Source: Girardia tigrina
Taxonomy: Eukaryota
Reading direction: 5' to 3'
Assembly (NCBI GenBank): GCA_001938485.1
Contig: MQRK01219513.1
Span: 31,161-95,160 of the forward strand
Length of the DNA stretch: 64,000 nucleotides
Below are positions 27,501-42,400 of this stretch, one piece after another (position 1 is the stretch's first letter; each line of letters begins with the position of its first letter). The position numbers and the translations under genes were made by a program. The notes beneath the pieces were generated by a model, which did no database searches, was not told where the DNA came from, and saw only the letters and a program-made list of their open reading frames with translations.

Positions 27501-29117
27501 AAGTTAATAAAAAGAATGGAAAAAGTATATTTAACGGCAATATATTTCGACCGATCAACTGTTATCTTCATGCCACTGATTAATAATTTAATTCACCTGT
27601 ATAAAAATGCAAAAAATAATGATTTTATAAACTTTTCTGGTGTTGTTTTTTAATGTAAATGTAATGAGTACAATGCCACAAACATTGGAAAGACTGTCTG
27701 ACATCTCTGTACACGAATAAAAGAGCTAAGTCGAAATGAGGTCGAGCAATATTGCAGAACATAGGAAAAATTGTAAATGTGATATTTACATTGATAATTT
27801 CAAGATTCTGTGTAAGCATTTTGATAGTTATTTGTAGAGTGTCTTGTGAAGCACTGTTAATTAGGTCACGATGTCTTATCATTTTTCAAGCGGCTGTCTC
27901 AATTAGGGTATTGAGAATTTTCGATCAGTGAGATTTCATGAGATTGATTATGTAATCACTATTTTTTTGCATTTCTGAATTAAAAAGGTGAATTAAATTA
28001 TTAGTCAGTGACCTGAAGAGAACGGTTGATCTATTAAAATATATTGTCATTAAATATATTTTTTAATTAATGAATTTTATATTCAATAAATTTTTTTTCA
28101 TCCGGCGGAAGCTTACCAATAAATACAATTCTTCATTCAAAAGAGATTTAAACACTATGAGTACTTTACAATTTGAAAAAGTACATGAAAAATATATTGT
28201 GAAAGCTTCTTAAATGAACCGAGATCTTGCTTGCTTACATATTTCTGGAAAGAAAAACTAATCTATGAAGTTGATTGGGAAAAGAGAATCCTAGAATAAA
28301 ATAAGCTAAATTTAATTTTAAAGTAATAATTTCTTAATCTTGAAAAATATATTTAGGAGATATTGCTATTAAAATTCAATTTTGAATCCTTTAGCAAAGT
28401 TTTAACAGTTTTAACCGTCAAAGCCTCATATAATAGATTCGTTTAAGTTTTGCATAAGTATTAATTTCTATAACGTACTCTTTGTAAATGTGCTTGTAAT
28501 TTATTTCTGGCATTTGCTAACTCTTGAACTCTTGACAAAAGAGCATTATTAACATTATTGAAGTTACTCCACATGAGATTTGCACAGTTACGAATCATCA
28601 GATCGATTTCTCCTCTTAAAGCTTCTGAAGCTGCTCTGCATTTTTGAGATCTGCTAATGTTGTCTTGTGTGAATTTTGCCCAACTAGTTGGAATACTGAT
28701 TCTAAAAAAAGAAGAAGAATAAATGCTGAAAAAGATTATCTAAATATCAAACTGAAATAAACTATTGTAATAAGATCAGAGGTTATAAATAAAGAAATCA
28801 ATCTAATGGAACATTTTTTCCAATATTTTAAAAATTTTGTTTATTATTATCTTCATTAATTATGTATATCAGTGTATAGTATATATAATATTTTATTTAA
28901 TATGTAAAAGATTTCTGAGATAAAGCTTATGTTGTGATTTATATTTTTTTCATGTATTAATTAGTTGATTTATTTTCTACAGAATTTTTCATATTTTGTG
29001 CTTCTTGCTGCCTTGGGTTGGAGGAATTAAATTGGCTTTTTTCCCAGAAGAAAGATTTAATTTAAATTTTGTATATAATAATATTGATTTAATTATATAT
29101 AATTTATATAATCTGAT

Positions 29118-29166
<49 letters not shown>

Positions 29167-32100
29167 TATTTACCTATATTTTATCATATCGGTCATCCAA
29201 CTTGAAGTAACCGGTAAAGGTAGGGTTCTCCAGTCGGAACTTGGCAACATATGTATATACGAATATATATTAATAAATACAAATATAATGAAGACTAATA
29301 AAAATAGAAATATGGATAGGAATATTGGTTAACAATAGGGTGACCAGATCAACAATCCGGTTTTCCTGAGAATCGATTAAAAAACCGGAGATTTAAAAAA
29401 CTGATGATATTTTACAGAAAATTCAAATTTTAGATATTTTATTGTTCTTTTGAAATTTACATTTTTAAAACTATGACTAGTTGTATATTTCACTTGAAAC
29501 AGCCGCTTTTAGAAGATTTTTTGTACTTCTTCTGTTAAATATTGATGAAATTCTTTGCGTGACATTTCGAAATTGGCTTTGATTCCCAATTCAGCTTTAA
29601 TTAACTCTACTTTCATCCGGTCGCGATCATCAGTACAGCGTCCATTCATTATTGAAAAGATTCTTTCGATGAAAGAATTATATTTCCTATTTTAAAATTT
29701 TTAGGGCTTGTCCATGAAATATACGATGGAAATATATAAAATTTATGCCTAAATGAATTTTTTAAAGTGAAATTCAGATAAAAAAAATTAACTGAATACA
29801 AAATTCAGTGAATTTTGTATTCAAGTTACAATCAAATTATTGTTTTACATAAGGTTTGTAAAGCGTTTTAGTGCGTATTTGATTTAAATCTGTCAAATAT
29901 TTTCGTACATAAATTTATATATTCAAAATGTGAGAATATTATTTTTCTTAAAAACCCAGAGATTTTGATTCGAAAACTGGAGAACCGGAGAATGAAAATA
30001 TTTACGAAGGCTTCGGGTCAAAACCGGAGATTTGGTTACCCAAGTTAATAAATATTTATATGAAAATAACCAGGAAAACTTTGTCATTTAACTAGAGAAT
30101 GTAATGAAAAGTATATAGGCTTAACAGTTTTCAATCGTAAATTTGTTACTTAGTCCATCAATCTACAATTCATTTGTTTTTTGTGTTGTTCTTAAAAAAT
30201 GATTGTTCTTTATATTAATTATTTTACTAAATCCTTTATTCTCTGTGCTACTGAAACTTAGTATTTTCTAAGACATTAATTTAAATCTGGCAAAATTCAA
30301 TTTCTAAAATAATATTTGTAGTAAACTCTTACGTATTGTCAAATAATTCGATTCCCGGATAGTACGCAAGACCGCTTGATGTGTTTTTTAAATGGTACAT
30401 TTTATCATCAAGTTGTTGAGAATGTGATTTGTCCTTCAAATCTTTTTCGCATTCGTTTTGAGCAGCTCTGTTCATCCTTCAAATTATTCAGTAAATAATT
30501 AGGAATTGAATGTTAATTCTACTTTTTACTTCATTTGAATTTCACCTCTTTGAAGAAACTTGTTCATTTTATCTTGACACTTCTTAATTGACTCGACTTC
30601 CTAACATAAATTAAGTACCATAGTTTTTAAAATTGATATTACTTTTATTAAACATTTTTCAACATCATCTTGAACTTGGTCTATTCCTTGTCGACTTTCT
30701 CTTTCTACAAGGCAATGTTCGGATATTGCTAACGGTTTTTGCGTATGTTCTAAATAATCTTTTAAAACGCGCAAATGCTCCTTAAATAGAAATAATGTAT
30801 GAAAATTAAAAATTAAAAATTAAAATTATACTCTTAGATTTTCTTGTTCAATGTCCATACATCTGATTTCTTGATCTAATTCTTGTCTCCAAAATGATAT
30901 GTCTTGTACTCGTTCATCTAAATTATAATTTTATTATTTTATATAAATAAATAATATAATCAAACGAATATTTGTTATGTTTCCAAAATATCATAAATAT
31001 TGAAAATATAATTTAAATTGATTATTTTTTATCTTGTTAATTTTCTCGAATGAAATTAATTTCTTTTTTTATTCTGAAAGTTATTTATTAAAAATTTTTA
31101 ATAAAATTATTTTTAAAAAAATGAGAAAAAAAATAATAATTGCAATTTTTCATTTTTACTCGATTTTGTGAGAATTTATACGATGAGAATTCGAAAAATA
31201 TTCCAGATGGAATTAATTAATATTTATTAGTAATTTATTGTATTATTTTCATTTTTACAAATTATTCATTTATAATTAACTATATAAAATTATTTAAATA
31301 AACTTTTTTCTAGAAATTTTCAATTAACTCAATTATGAGGATTTATTTTGTTAAATTAAATATTCTTTTCAAAAAAGAATATAATTAAATTAATTAAAAA
31401 TAAGAAGATTATTTATATTTTTATTTAATATTGTTCATTAAATCTGAATGCAAAACCTGACTGCTAGGGGATTTTATTTTATTTTAATGAATACCAGGCA
31501 TGGCTAATAATTTACTGAAATATGCCAAGTTAAAGAAATTAAAATATTTTCTATAGAAAAATTAATGGAAAGGATATTATTATTTTTATTATTCTTTTGG
31601 ATAGACTACTTTTAAAAATTTTTTAATTATTTAATTATAATTATTTTTAATTACTAACAATCGTTTTATTGAATTAAAATTAAATTAATTTTTTCGCATG
31701 AACAGATCTATTTATTTTTTTTCGAAAACTATTTTTCAAAATAAAATCCCATTTTTAACGTAGAATTATTTTTGTTTAATGGTAATTAAAATTATAAATT
31801 GTGAAATTATTATCAATTTAAAAATATGAAAAAATTTATGGTAATATTGTATAATTATAAATTATATTACTTCTTAAAATGAGAAGCCGTTGATAAATAA
31901 CGTAAATGTTTAAGGGTGTTGTGTTTTTTGTTACGAAAAGTTACAAAGAGAGGGGCTGGGTCCCTATTGAGTTACATAGCATACTTTCTGAATAATCATA
32001 TTAAATTATAACATTACCCAATGTTGAGTTCGTTGAGTGACGATTCATAATATAATTGGGATTTTTTAAAGTTAGAAAGTGAGGAATGATATGTAAAACT

Positions 32101-33415
32101 AATCATACAAGTCAGTATATGTTACCAATCGTAAACTATACTGATGTAAATTACGTCGACAAATCCTTTATTAGCATTTGTGGAGTGATAAAATATCGTC
32201 TCCTGTAACCTCAATTTCAAGTAATTCTCATTTTGTTACAAAACATTGCAAGTTTGAAGAGGGATTAAACACTTTCAATTACGAGTTATGTAATTAATTT
32301 TCTTAAAATGCAAGTGATCCAATAGGTTCAGTTGTTTATGTTTAGCAAATTCCAATAAAAAAGTGTAGGCGCCTGTCGTCGAGGATGTCCAGAATCCTAA
32401 AACAGTTATTAAAAATACTTTTAAAAAGATTCGACTGTTTACAAAAAATATAACTACCTTAATTTGTTGCTGAAATGGACTAAAATATAAATCTTTATAT
32501 TTGAAAGATTAGTTGCGTTGCTAACAGTTTACTACAAATAAATAATAACTACACATTTTTCCTATTAAACTTTAAAATATTTTAGACCATGGACGTATAT
32601 TTACAAGAATTTTAAGATATGTATATTTCAAATCCAAATTTATTTGAAAATGTATATAATTATTCCTTAGAGCCGATTAAAATCTTTGAATATGAAGAGA
32701 AAAACAGATCAAAACAGAAAGGTTTCTTTGAAAAAATATGTACACAAAGCTGAGTAATGAAATTATTAAAGGAAGAAAACATTAAAGAGCACAAACAAAT
32801 AATCAAAATATCATATTCTGAAGGATTTAAAGAAAGTAAGAAGAGTTTTTGCAATAGTATCTTCTATTACGATAAATAAATAAACAAAGTATCCTTTACA
32901 AACTAACATTGATAAAAAAGTGACATTATAACTATTAAGAATATTAATTGGGTTTTCTTTACATTTATTTATATCACAATTTGAATTGCCACCAGAACAA
33001 TTCTCTGTATAACTTATTGATAATCGTTAATAATATTCTTTAACGTCTTATTATTCACACAAATTTAAATTATAATTTAATTATTACAAAAATAATTTAT
33101 ACTTCAAATTTGAAATAATTTTTATTTATTTTAAGAAAATATTATTTATGAAATATTAGTTTAATTTTAAAGTGATTATTTAAATTTTAATAATTGATTA
33201 AACAACCCGACGTTTTAAAATATTTAAAATATCAATCTTCCATCTGGGTGGGAGAAACACAATCCTAAAACAAAATGCCAAACAACACACAATAAACACC
33301 ATTCAAAAATATTCCTCACAATAACTAACAAATATAATTGCTGATAATGGAAAAAGAATTTCCAAAATATGTACAATAATTGCTTTCATAAAAAGCTTTA
33401 AAAAAATTATTTTTT

Positions 33416-33463
<48 letters not shown>

Positions 33464-36400
33464 ACTTATTTTCAATAATTTATGTCTCATTGCAAAATGG
33501 TAAATTTCTTATTATAATCCCATATATTCTTGAACAATGATAAAATAATTATCTCAAAATTAGTTTTCTATTAAAAAATAATCTCCATCTGGAAATATCA
33601 TTATAAACTCAAACATTTTAAGGACGAATTAATAATCTGACTTAAAAAATAGAGATCTTGTTCCCTAAGTAAATGTATTTTGTACACAATCGGGAGCCAC
33701 ATGCCCACAATAACAGTTATGATTTTAATTACTATCATTAATTACAGATTAAATTGATTTAATTAACGAAAATTAGCAAATTTTGAATTTTGTGAAGGAA
33801 ATCATTGTTAAATTTAATAATAAAAAAACTGTAGGCAAATTGTTTTGGAGTAATTGATGCATTTTGAAGCAATAAAAAGGTGAGAAATTGCCTTAATTGA
33901 AAAAAATTGAACAAAGAATACATTGTCATTTGAATCTGGGGAGAAAACTAAATTCAATTAATTTTTAAAAAATTAAACCCTAAATTACATTAACTCTTCG
34001 AAAATATTTTAATTAAAAATTATTCCAATATTTGAAGATAAATTAAAGTCGATTATTTGTTTTATTTCTTTGCTAAAAAAAATTGATGCTTAAAAATTTT
34101 TCTTAATTATTTTGTTTTAATGAATTCGAAAATGACAATTATTTAAATTTTGTGAAATTCAATTTACATTTTTTATTGTTTTAAATTAATTTTCAGAACA
34201 TTCACTTTTTTTATAGAAAAAACAATAATCTTCAAAAAGTAGAATTAGAAATTTTATAAAAGGAATTTGAGAATCTATAACTGAGTCGTTTTTTTTTGAA
34301 AGTGGTCAAATTCTATTTGTCAATTATTTCCAGTTGCCAGTGGTTATATGCACAAATTCTAGTAATTTATCAATAAAGCATTTCAGGTTACTTATATTCC
34401 ATGTAGATACGCTCATTCTTGATACATAAGTTTTCAGAGTTAGTTCAAAAAGTGAGCTGTTTGATTTTAATGTCGCTTTAACTCTAAATATCTCAATTTA
34501 AGTATAAATTGACTAGGCTACTTTCAAAATAAATCTTTCAAATACATTATTCCGAGATAAAAGTTATTATTGCTAATCAATGTTACCTTTAATTTTTAAT
34601 CCCTACTTAATTGAATTAGAAAATAATTTTAATTCTTAGGTCGTTAATATTATTTATAAGTGTACAACAAATTTATTACATATAATATTAAAAAAACTGA
34701 TGTTAAAAGCTTTTGTAACTAATTTTGTATCTTAAAATGTTAAAATTGTTAATTATTAAAATACAGTCATTAATAAATACTAATAAAACGCTATAACAAG
34801 TAACACAACAAAAAATAACTTTTAGAGAAATAAAAGCTTGGATTTAGACCTCTGTTGTGTATTACTTAAAATTACGGAAAAATTCTGATGGCGAAGGAAT
34901 ATTTAATCCTCTTTTATCTAAGGAAACAAGTCTGTCAATAACAATATTCCCGTATACTCTTCTCATATCGAGATGTCTAGAAGAATTTTTCTTTTTTCAC
35001 TTCTATTAAATAATTTTAAATGTTTTGGAAAAATACTACTGGCTTCGACAAAATACTTCTACGTTTATAAACATGTTAAGAGTAAAAGCTTTATGGGCTT
35101 CATGTTTTGTTCATCTTCGAACTTGGTCATAAAAGTCGTTACTTATGATTTTTTTTACATTGTATAAAATTTCTTTATTTACTTCTTGATCATAGTTTGA
35201 TCATATACGACCTAATATATCTTATATACATTGAATATAGTTAACTTAAATTAATACCAAAACATTACTTTGTTTCAAAAAACCGAAGCCACACTTTGAC
35301 AATTGTTAATGAGACACTTTGTCTAATATTATTCCAAAGCAGTATGAAGACATTGAACTGCAAGCCTTACTTGATGAAGATGATGCCCAAACGAAACAAC
35401 AATTAGTTGACTCGTTAGATGTGACTCAGCAAACAATTTCAAATCGCTTGCATGACATGGCCAAGATTCAGAAAGAAGGACGATGGGTTTCGTATGAATT
35501 GACTGAAGGTCAGTAAGAAAATCGAAGAACAACGTGTGAACTTTTGCTTGATCGGCAGCAACGCAAGTCATTCATGTATCGAATTATCACCGGTGATGAA
35601 AAGTACATTTATTTCGATAATCCAAAACGAAACTTCACGATTCTTCTTCCAAAGCCGGGAAAACAAGGTCAATATAGGGAAGTCTCTTCTTGGAGACCAA
35701 TTGCATTACTAGAGTGCGCTTAAAGGATACTGGTAACGCTATTGAGAGACCAATTGAATGAATAGATTAAATTTTACGAACTCCTACACCCAATGTAGAA
35801 GAGTCTTTGACCACATGATGGCTGTGCTGAGAATAACTTTCTCATTAGGGCGATCCAGGACAAGTACGTTTAATTGATGGATGGGATGCAGTTCAATGCT
35901 ACTATGCTGGACTGTGCTGATGCATTCGGTTCAGTTTTAGTGAAGATCATCCTGAAACTGTTGAGAAGGATGAGTGTAGGAGAGGATTCCTGCGACCTGA
36001 TTAGGCAGCTGTACAAGGACTGCTCGTCTGCGTACAAGTGCGACAACACGGTGATGAAACTATCATTTTATTGTTTAAATCCCAAATAATATAAGTTTTA
36101 CAATTTTTTTTATACAAATTCAATATAATAATATTATAAATAATGATGCTTTCTGTTAAGAATTTAAACAAAATTTTCAAAAGAGGGGCGCTTTTGTCGG
36201 AGCACTTTTGTCGGGTCATCCCCCATCACTTATTTTGATCAATGGCTCACGAATTGGCGGAACAGAAGTTCACAAAACACGAAGAAGTGCGAAAATAGCT
36301 CAATAAATGGATTGAGTCTAAACAACCGAAATTCTTTTTTGATGGAATCCATAAATTATCAATAAATTGGAATAATGCTGTTGTTAATCATGCTTTAATA

Positions 36401-39400
36401 AAAGTTGTTAATATGTTTTATTAAATTTTTTGGGGATTTTAAATTTTTTAAATTGTAAAAAAACGAACTTTCATATTTCTATGCCTAATATTTTAAAACA
36501 AATCTTTGAAAAAAAATTGTTAAAAGATTTAAAAGAGTATTCCATTGTTGCGACCAAGCAAACATTATACCCCTTAGAGCTGCAGTCGCAAACTTGTGAA
36601 ATTAATTTTAAGACCTCTTTAAAATGATTAACTTTAGTTTTAATGAAATCTTACTCAATCTTTTTGTCGCTTCAGCTTGTCGTGATCTGGTTTTATGTTC
36701 AGTTTCTTTAACAGTTTTCCATGTGTCAGATTTCAAACGAGTGGCTTTTGCCCTTTCAGCTTCAGATAATTTAAAATGGGCATTATTTGAAGATGCCCAA
36801 TCATTTGGACTGAATCTTGAATATAGCTGATTTCTAAAATATTACAAAAATAATTCATTTTATCAAAGAATATAATTGACTTTGAAGAAAGAGTTATTTA
36901 ACGTTAAATGTTTGACAACAAATACGTTCGTTTACCAAAGTGTTTTTAAGAAGTTCTTTTTTTCTATCATGGTACACTGTTAATATTATTCATCATATTG
37001 TATAATAAAACAGCATATTTCTAGTTTCGACGAATATGAAAGTTATCATACATTAAACTTAGTATGGCCAAAAGTAATCCTTATTTATAATGTTTTAGTG
37101 TTATATTAGTGTAAAGATCTGTTACTTTTAGACTGACAGGCATAAAAATGCAAAGAACATTTTCATGTCATTTTCTCTGTTGTATGAAAAGTTTCGTTTC
37201 AACTAAAGATTGTAAAACGATAGATACCGAGATCAAACATGTCTTTCATATACTGTCAAAACAAATTAGAACTTTGAAATTTCGCAAGTTCTCTGGTCGT
37301 GCAGAACGACCATTTAATATTCTGTATCTAATTAAAAGATTTTACCCGATACAGAACTCAAAGGTCAATACCAGGGATGGTAAGACATTTTTCGACGAGA
37401 GCCGTAAATCAAAAAATATCAGATTTTTAAGAGCCACAATAAGAAAAATGTTGCAATATATGACAGTAAATATAAAGCCAAGATTTTAAAAATATTTTAT
37501 GCATTACAAATGAAATGTTTTTAAATATATATTTTTAATCGAAAGATATGTTTATTCTACGTTTATGTTTTAATTAAAAATCTGTGAAAAGCCGGTTCGT
37601 AGGTTGTTAGTGAAGTACGAGTAAGTTCAGTTGAATGTTCATTAGTTAGTTGAGAACGGTCTTTCGATTAATTAAACTTCATTGTGGAATACAAAGATTC
37701 ACAAGAGAAAATTGTAGAAAAAATTGAAATCAATTTTCACATGTAATTTTTTTAAAGTAGGATATTTTGAATCCAGTACGATTTTCCAAAATTATTATAG
37801 ATTCTGATGATTTGTGGTGCATCCGTAATGCACGATCCTCTTGAATTTCATTTAATTCCATATATGCAACAGCTTTGTCAGATAATAAATACTTTGGAAA
37901 TATAATTTCTTTGCTCATTATATCAATTTGAAATAGATGCACAAGTAATTCAACACAATATCTTCCTTTTTTTTCAAGAGCCGCAGTTTGGCCATGTCTG
38001 GACAATATAATGGGCGCCAATGATGTTCGCAGTTATTCACATAATTGGAGAAGGCCACTAAATAATTATTTACAATTTTTTATAAATTATAATAATAAAA
38101 CAATCAATTTTATATTTTATACTTTTTTTAATATTTTATATTTTATATTTTAACATACATTTTTATTGTGTATTCCAACGGTGTCGTAATTATATGTTTT
38201 TTTCATTTTGAAATATAGGTTTTTATTACTAAATTATTTGATTTGATTTCATTGTTTTGTTTGATTTATTGTTTTAGTAAAATGTTACGAAATTTTAGTT
38301 TTTATTATTTGTTTTAAAAGAATAATTTCGTTAAATATTACAAATATATAAATCAATTTGATCTTTACTAAGTACAGAAATAATTTAAGTGTGGAGTTTT
38401 GAGCGGATTTATTATAAAACTTGACCAATTTTGAACCCAATATGGTGAACTTTGCAAGGAACCACCAGACTCACCGAACTAATTGATTAAGAAGCAAGAA
38501 AACTTATTATTTTTTATCTATTTATTATTTCTTCTTTAAGGAAACCTAATAGATGTTTTATCTTTTTAATTTTAATTAACTAAAACTTACTTTTATGGAT
38601 ATCAATGGAGATTTCGAAAAATTATGTGGGGGTCAACAATCAATAAAGTTTAGTGACCCCTGTGTTACAGTCTGTGGTTTTAGTTATTAAAATATAGATG
38701 TTCAATTATAGTCAATGAAAGCGGTTAGGAAAAATGCTTCGAAAGATATTAATTTAATGCAATTGATAAATCGCCTTCGTATTATTTACCTTATAATCGG
38801 TATAAGACTGAACAGACGAAAATATGTAATATATTTACACAAAATATGTGATATTTAGATAACATAGACAAAATAAGTCATATTTGTTTATCTCACGAGT
38901 TGGTTATTGTTATCGATGTAGATTGTTAAAAGTTTATAAGATAATTTATCTACTTATTATTACAATATAATAAACAGTATTATCATATTAGAACTACACT
39001 ATAGTAACTATTGTGGTGTATTGGCGTGGTTAATAAAGTTTCGTATAATTTTTAAGCGATTGTATTCCACAACAAAACAAAATAGAATATTAATTGGATA
39101 TATCCTTAAAGGGATATACTATTTTTCGTTAGTGTTTAGGGGGAAATTTGTATTACAAATTACTTTATCTATTATATGTTGTTAATAATGCCTCAAAGCT
39201 TATATATTTAAAATAGAATTAATGATGTAAATGTAAATAATTAAGAGATGTGTATTGAACGTAATTAATTATCAGTAGAATAATGAAAAAAATTAAGCTT
39301 TTCATAAAAAAAGTGAGACTTAAAATGGACATAAAAAAGAATGACATTCTATACACAATATTTGGTTTTTTCGTCTGTTTCTGCTTAGAAACGGTAAGAC

Positions 39401-42400
39401 GGTAAAAGACGTTTGTATAAATTGTTTAGGATGGAAGGGAAATCGTTTTATCCCGTAAATTAGAATCAATAGGAATAAACCTTCTATTTCGTTTGGTAGA
39501 TAATTAAAATATTTTACTCCGCAAAACATGCTGATTAAGTTGGCGAGGATTGAAGATTACAAAATATGTTTGAGTGAATTTTCCAAGTTTATATATAAAT
39601 ATATCGGAAGTTATAAAAATCTTGTTAAAAGTCCCTCCAAACAGATAAACAAATTAATTTCAAAAAATATAAACGAGACTGTAATGAAACTTTAAATTCA
39701 AGTTAAATAGAAGTGTTTTAAACAATTTATTCAAATAATCGGTCTTATGACACTTAACCACATCACACTTAACCGCATCACATTTAACCGCATCACACTT
39801 AACCGCATCACACTTAACCAGATCACATTTAACCACATTACATTTAACCGTATCACACTTAATATAATAAAATTTCAACAAAATTAAAAAATTAAAAAAA
39901 ATTAAATAGTCGAGAAAAACCGGTAAATTTTATTTATGTAAACATTTTCATATGTAAAAAATTTTAAAAAATCATGTATTTGTTAATAAATGACAATATT
40001 TTTGTTTAATTAATACAATTATCCCACGTTTTTCAAGTATTTTGATTTTTTTTACTTTACAAAAAGACAACAAAGTATGATTATAGATGTACAAAGATAT
40101 AGGATCATTTATAATTTTTCTTATTATTTTTATCTTATGAATTTAATTATTGTAGATCCGGTATATTTTGATTTTGAACAATTAGAAATTAATACATTTA
40201 GCAATTCATTTCCAAATTCTTCGGTAACGGGTTGTTATTTTCACTTATATCAAAGTGTCTTACGAAAAGTAAATGAACTGGGGTTAAAAGGTTTATATGA
40301 AACTAATGATCAAATACGAGAATATGTTAGATGTCTTCCAGCTCTTGTTTTTGTTCCATTAAATGATATTGAAGAAGCATTTGACATTCTAGCTGAATCT
40401 CTGCCATCAGAAATAGAAGGTTTAGATGAATTAACAACATTTTTCGAGCATACTTATATTCGTGGCAGAAGAAATCGAATGAATGGTGTATATTTTACAC
40501 CTCCACGTTTTCATAAAGAGAAATGGTGGTGATGCAAGAGCCAGCGCAGCTTTGTGGTTGCGGCGTGTCGGCGATGGTGGATGAGTTGCAGGATACAGGG
40601 GGTTTAAATTAATAATCTCACTGGTTTCAAATCTCCCGATTACCGATCTCGTCCAAAAGGTCCCGGAATGCATCGTGTTTTTAGCTGGCATCAATATCCT
40701 GGCATTTCTGGCATGAGTCTGTTCATCGGGCACACCCTTGAGGACATCGGGTTTGACATCTCTAATTATTTGATTTACGCCAGACACTTCAAGAATTAAG
40801 TCGATCGATTCACCGAGTCTTCCGAACACTTGTATAGGTTTTCCGGACGATGGCGACTTGCGATTGATGTCGCCGATTCCCATCTCCAACATATCACTCG
40901 CCGTTTCGAAATTAAATCAACGAACAGTACATACGTCGTTTTTTGTGTTCCAATACCACGATGAAACGGTGGTACATTTGTTGGTTTTAACTGGACCAAA
41001 GACGCCCCCGTCACTGCAGTTAGTGACTGTATTTGCGGGTGGAGGGACAGGGAATATGCATCTGTAAAAGGGACCGTTGTTATAGTTATATACTGTCAGT
41101 TGACCTTCGAATCCGAGGGCGCTGACGAGCGGCTTGTCGAGAATGACATAACAATCATTGATCAGATATCGCGTCACGACATTATCTGTGCAGTCTAACA
41201 CGACATCATACTTTTTGATAATATCGATGGCATTATTTCTGTCAATAAAAATATTATGTGGTTCGATATTGATTGAAGAATTAAGTTTCTTCATGTCACG
41301 ACAAAGAGAATCCACTTTGTTATTTCCAATTTCCGATTCCTTGTGACAGATCTGCCGGTGGAGATTGCTCTCATCAACCACAACATGATCAACCAGACCG
41401 ATTGTACCGACACCGGCAGCCGCCAGATAAACACCCGACGGACAGCCCAATCCGCCACAACCGATTATAAGAACTCGCGATTTTTTTAATAATTGTTGAC
41501 CTTGCACACCGAATGATGGCAGAATTATTTGTCGACCGTATCGATTAATCTCATTTTTCTCCAAATTACATGTATCAAACATTTTTTTAAAAAGAAAATG
41601 GCCGCTTTTCACATAAACTTAAATCACAACGCTTTAGCGCCAATAAAATTTATTATTATCAATTACACTTTTACAGTATGGCGACAATTTAAACTTTTTT
41701 CGCACCGACTTTTATTTTTATCAAAATAATAGAACATTAAAACAAAAATCGAACATTGTTCGAAAAATCAAAAAAAATCATAATTGTTAAAAAACGTTCT
41801 TCCCAGATTGGCCAATCTATTTTTAGATCGGCCAATCGTGATCGTTCTATTTATAGACGATCGAAATGGGAAATCGAACTTTCTTGAACAGTTTTATTTC
41901 CATTTCTTGTGTGTGAATATTTTCCAATTCTTCTTTAGTGATTTTATCACTTTCAGTGAATGAGCGCATAATTAAAACAACTCAATAGATCGATTCCATA
42001 TGAAATTATTTCGAAAGCTTTGAAACTTGGAAAACGAATCCTTTTTACTTATTGCTTGGCTGTCAAATTTAAGAGACTCAGCTTCAACATTCTCTTTATT
42101 TGGAATAAAATAATTTTGGGGGACAATTTTCTTGAAAGAGTTTTCTAATTTATTATTTTGATGCTTAGAAAACATTTTATCTTGAGTATTGAGCTTAGAA
42201 TGTTCAAGATTTTTAAATTTAAGAGGAACTGGAGGTTCAATGGCAGGTCAAAGTTTTTTTTGGTTTTCTATTTCCATAAAATGGGCTAATGTGAATTAAT
42301 GAAGCAATTCCGCTTTTTAAAAGTCGAGTGGCGAGAAATGATTTCCGACGAGAATAATGTGTTGAAGATTCGACCATTGCACTACTCGATGAAGAATTCG

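Noticed and set aside
36624-36830. Plus-strand 68-aa ORF
   Set aside because: Antisense shadow of tektin exon 2.
37148-38020. 113-aa and 96-aa ORFs as host genes
   Set aside because: No recognisable motifs or splice-consistent structure; probably decayed TE sequence that I could not classify.
39660-39881. ORF with VKCDA pentapeptide repeats; CRISPR-like tandem array
   Set aside because: It is the antisense translation of the 15-bp MULE TIR repeats. There are no unique spacers, and the context is eukaryotic.
40917-41612. Functional nested MOCS3 gene, or bacterial moeB horizontal transfer
   Set aside because: It is truncated before the rhodanese domain, has lost a Zn-binding Cys and lies inside TIRs. 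The PPPxxTVTNCSDGGV motif is of the eukaryotic UBA4/MOCS3 type.
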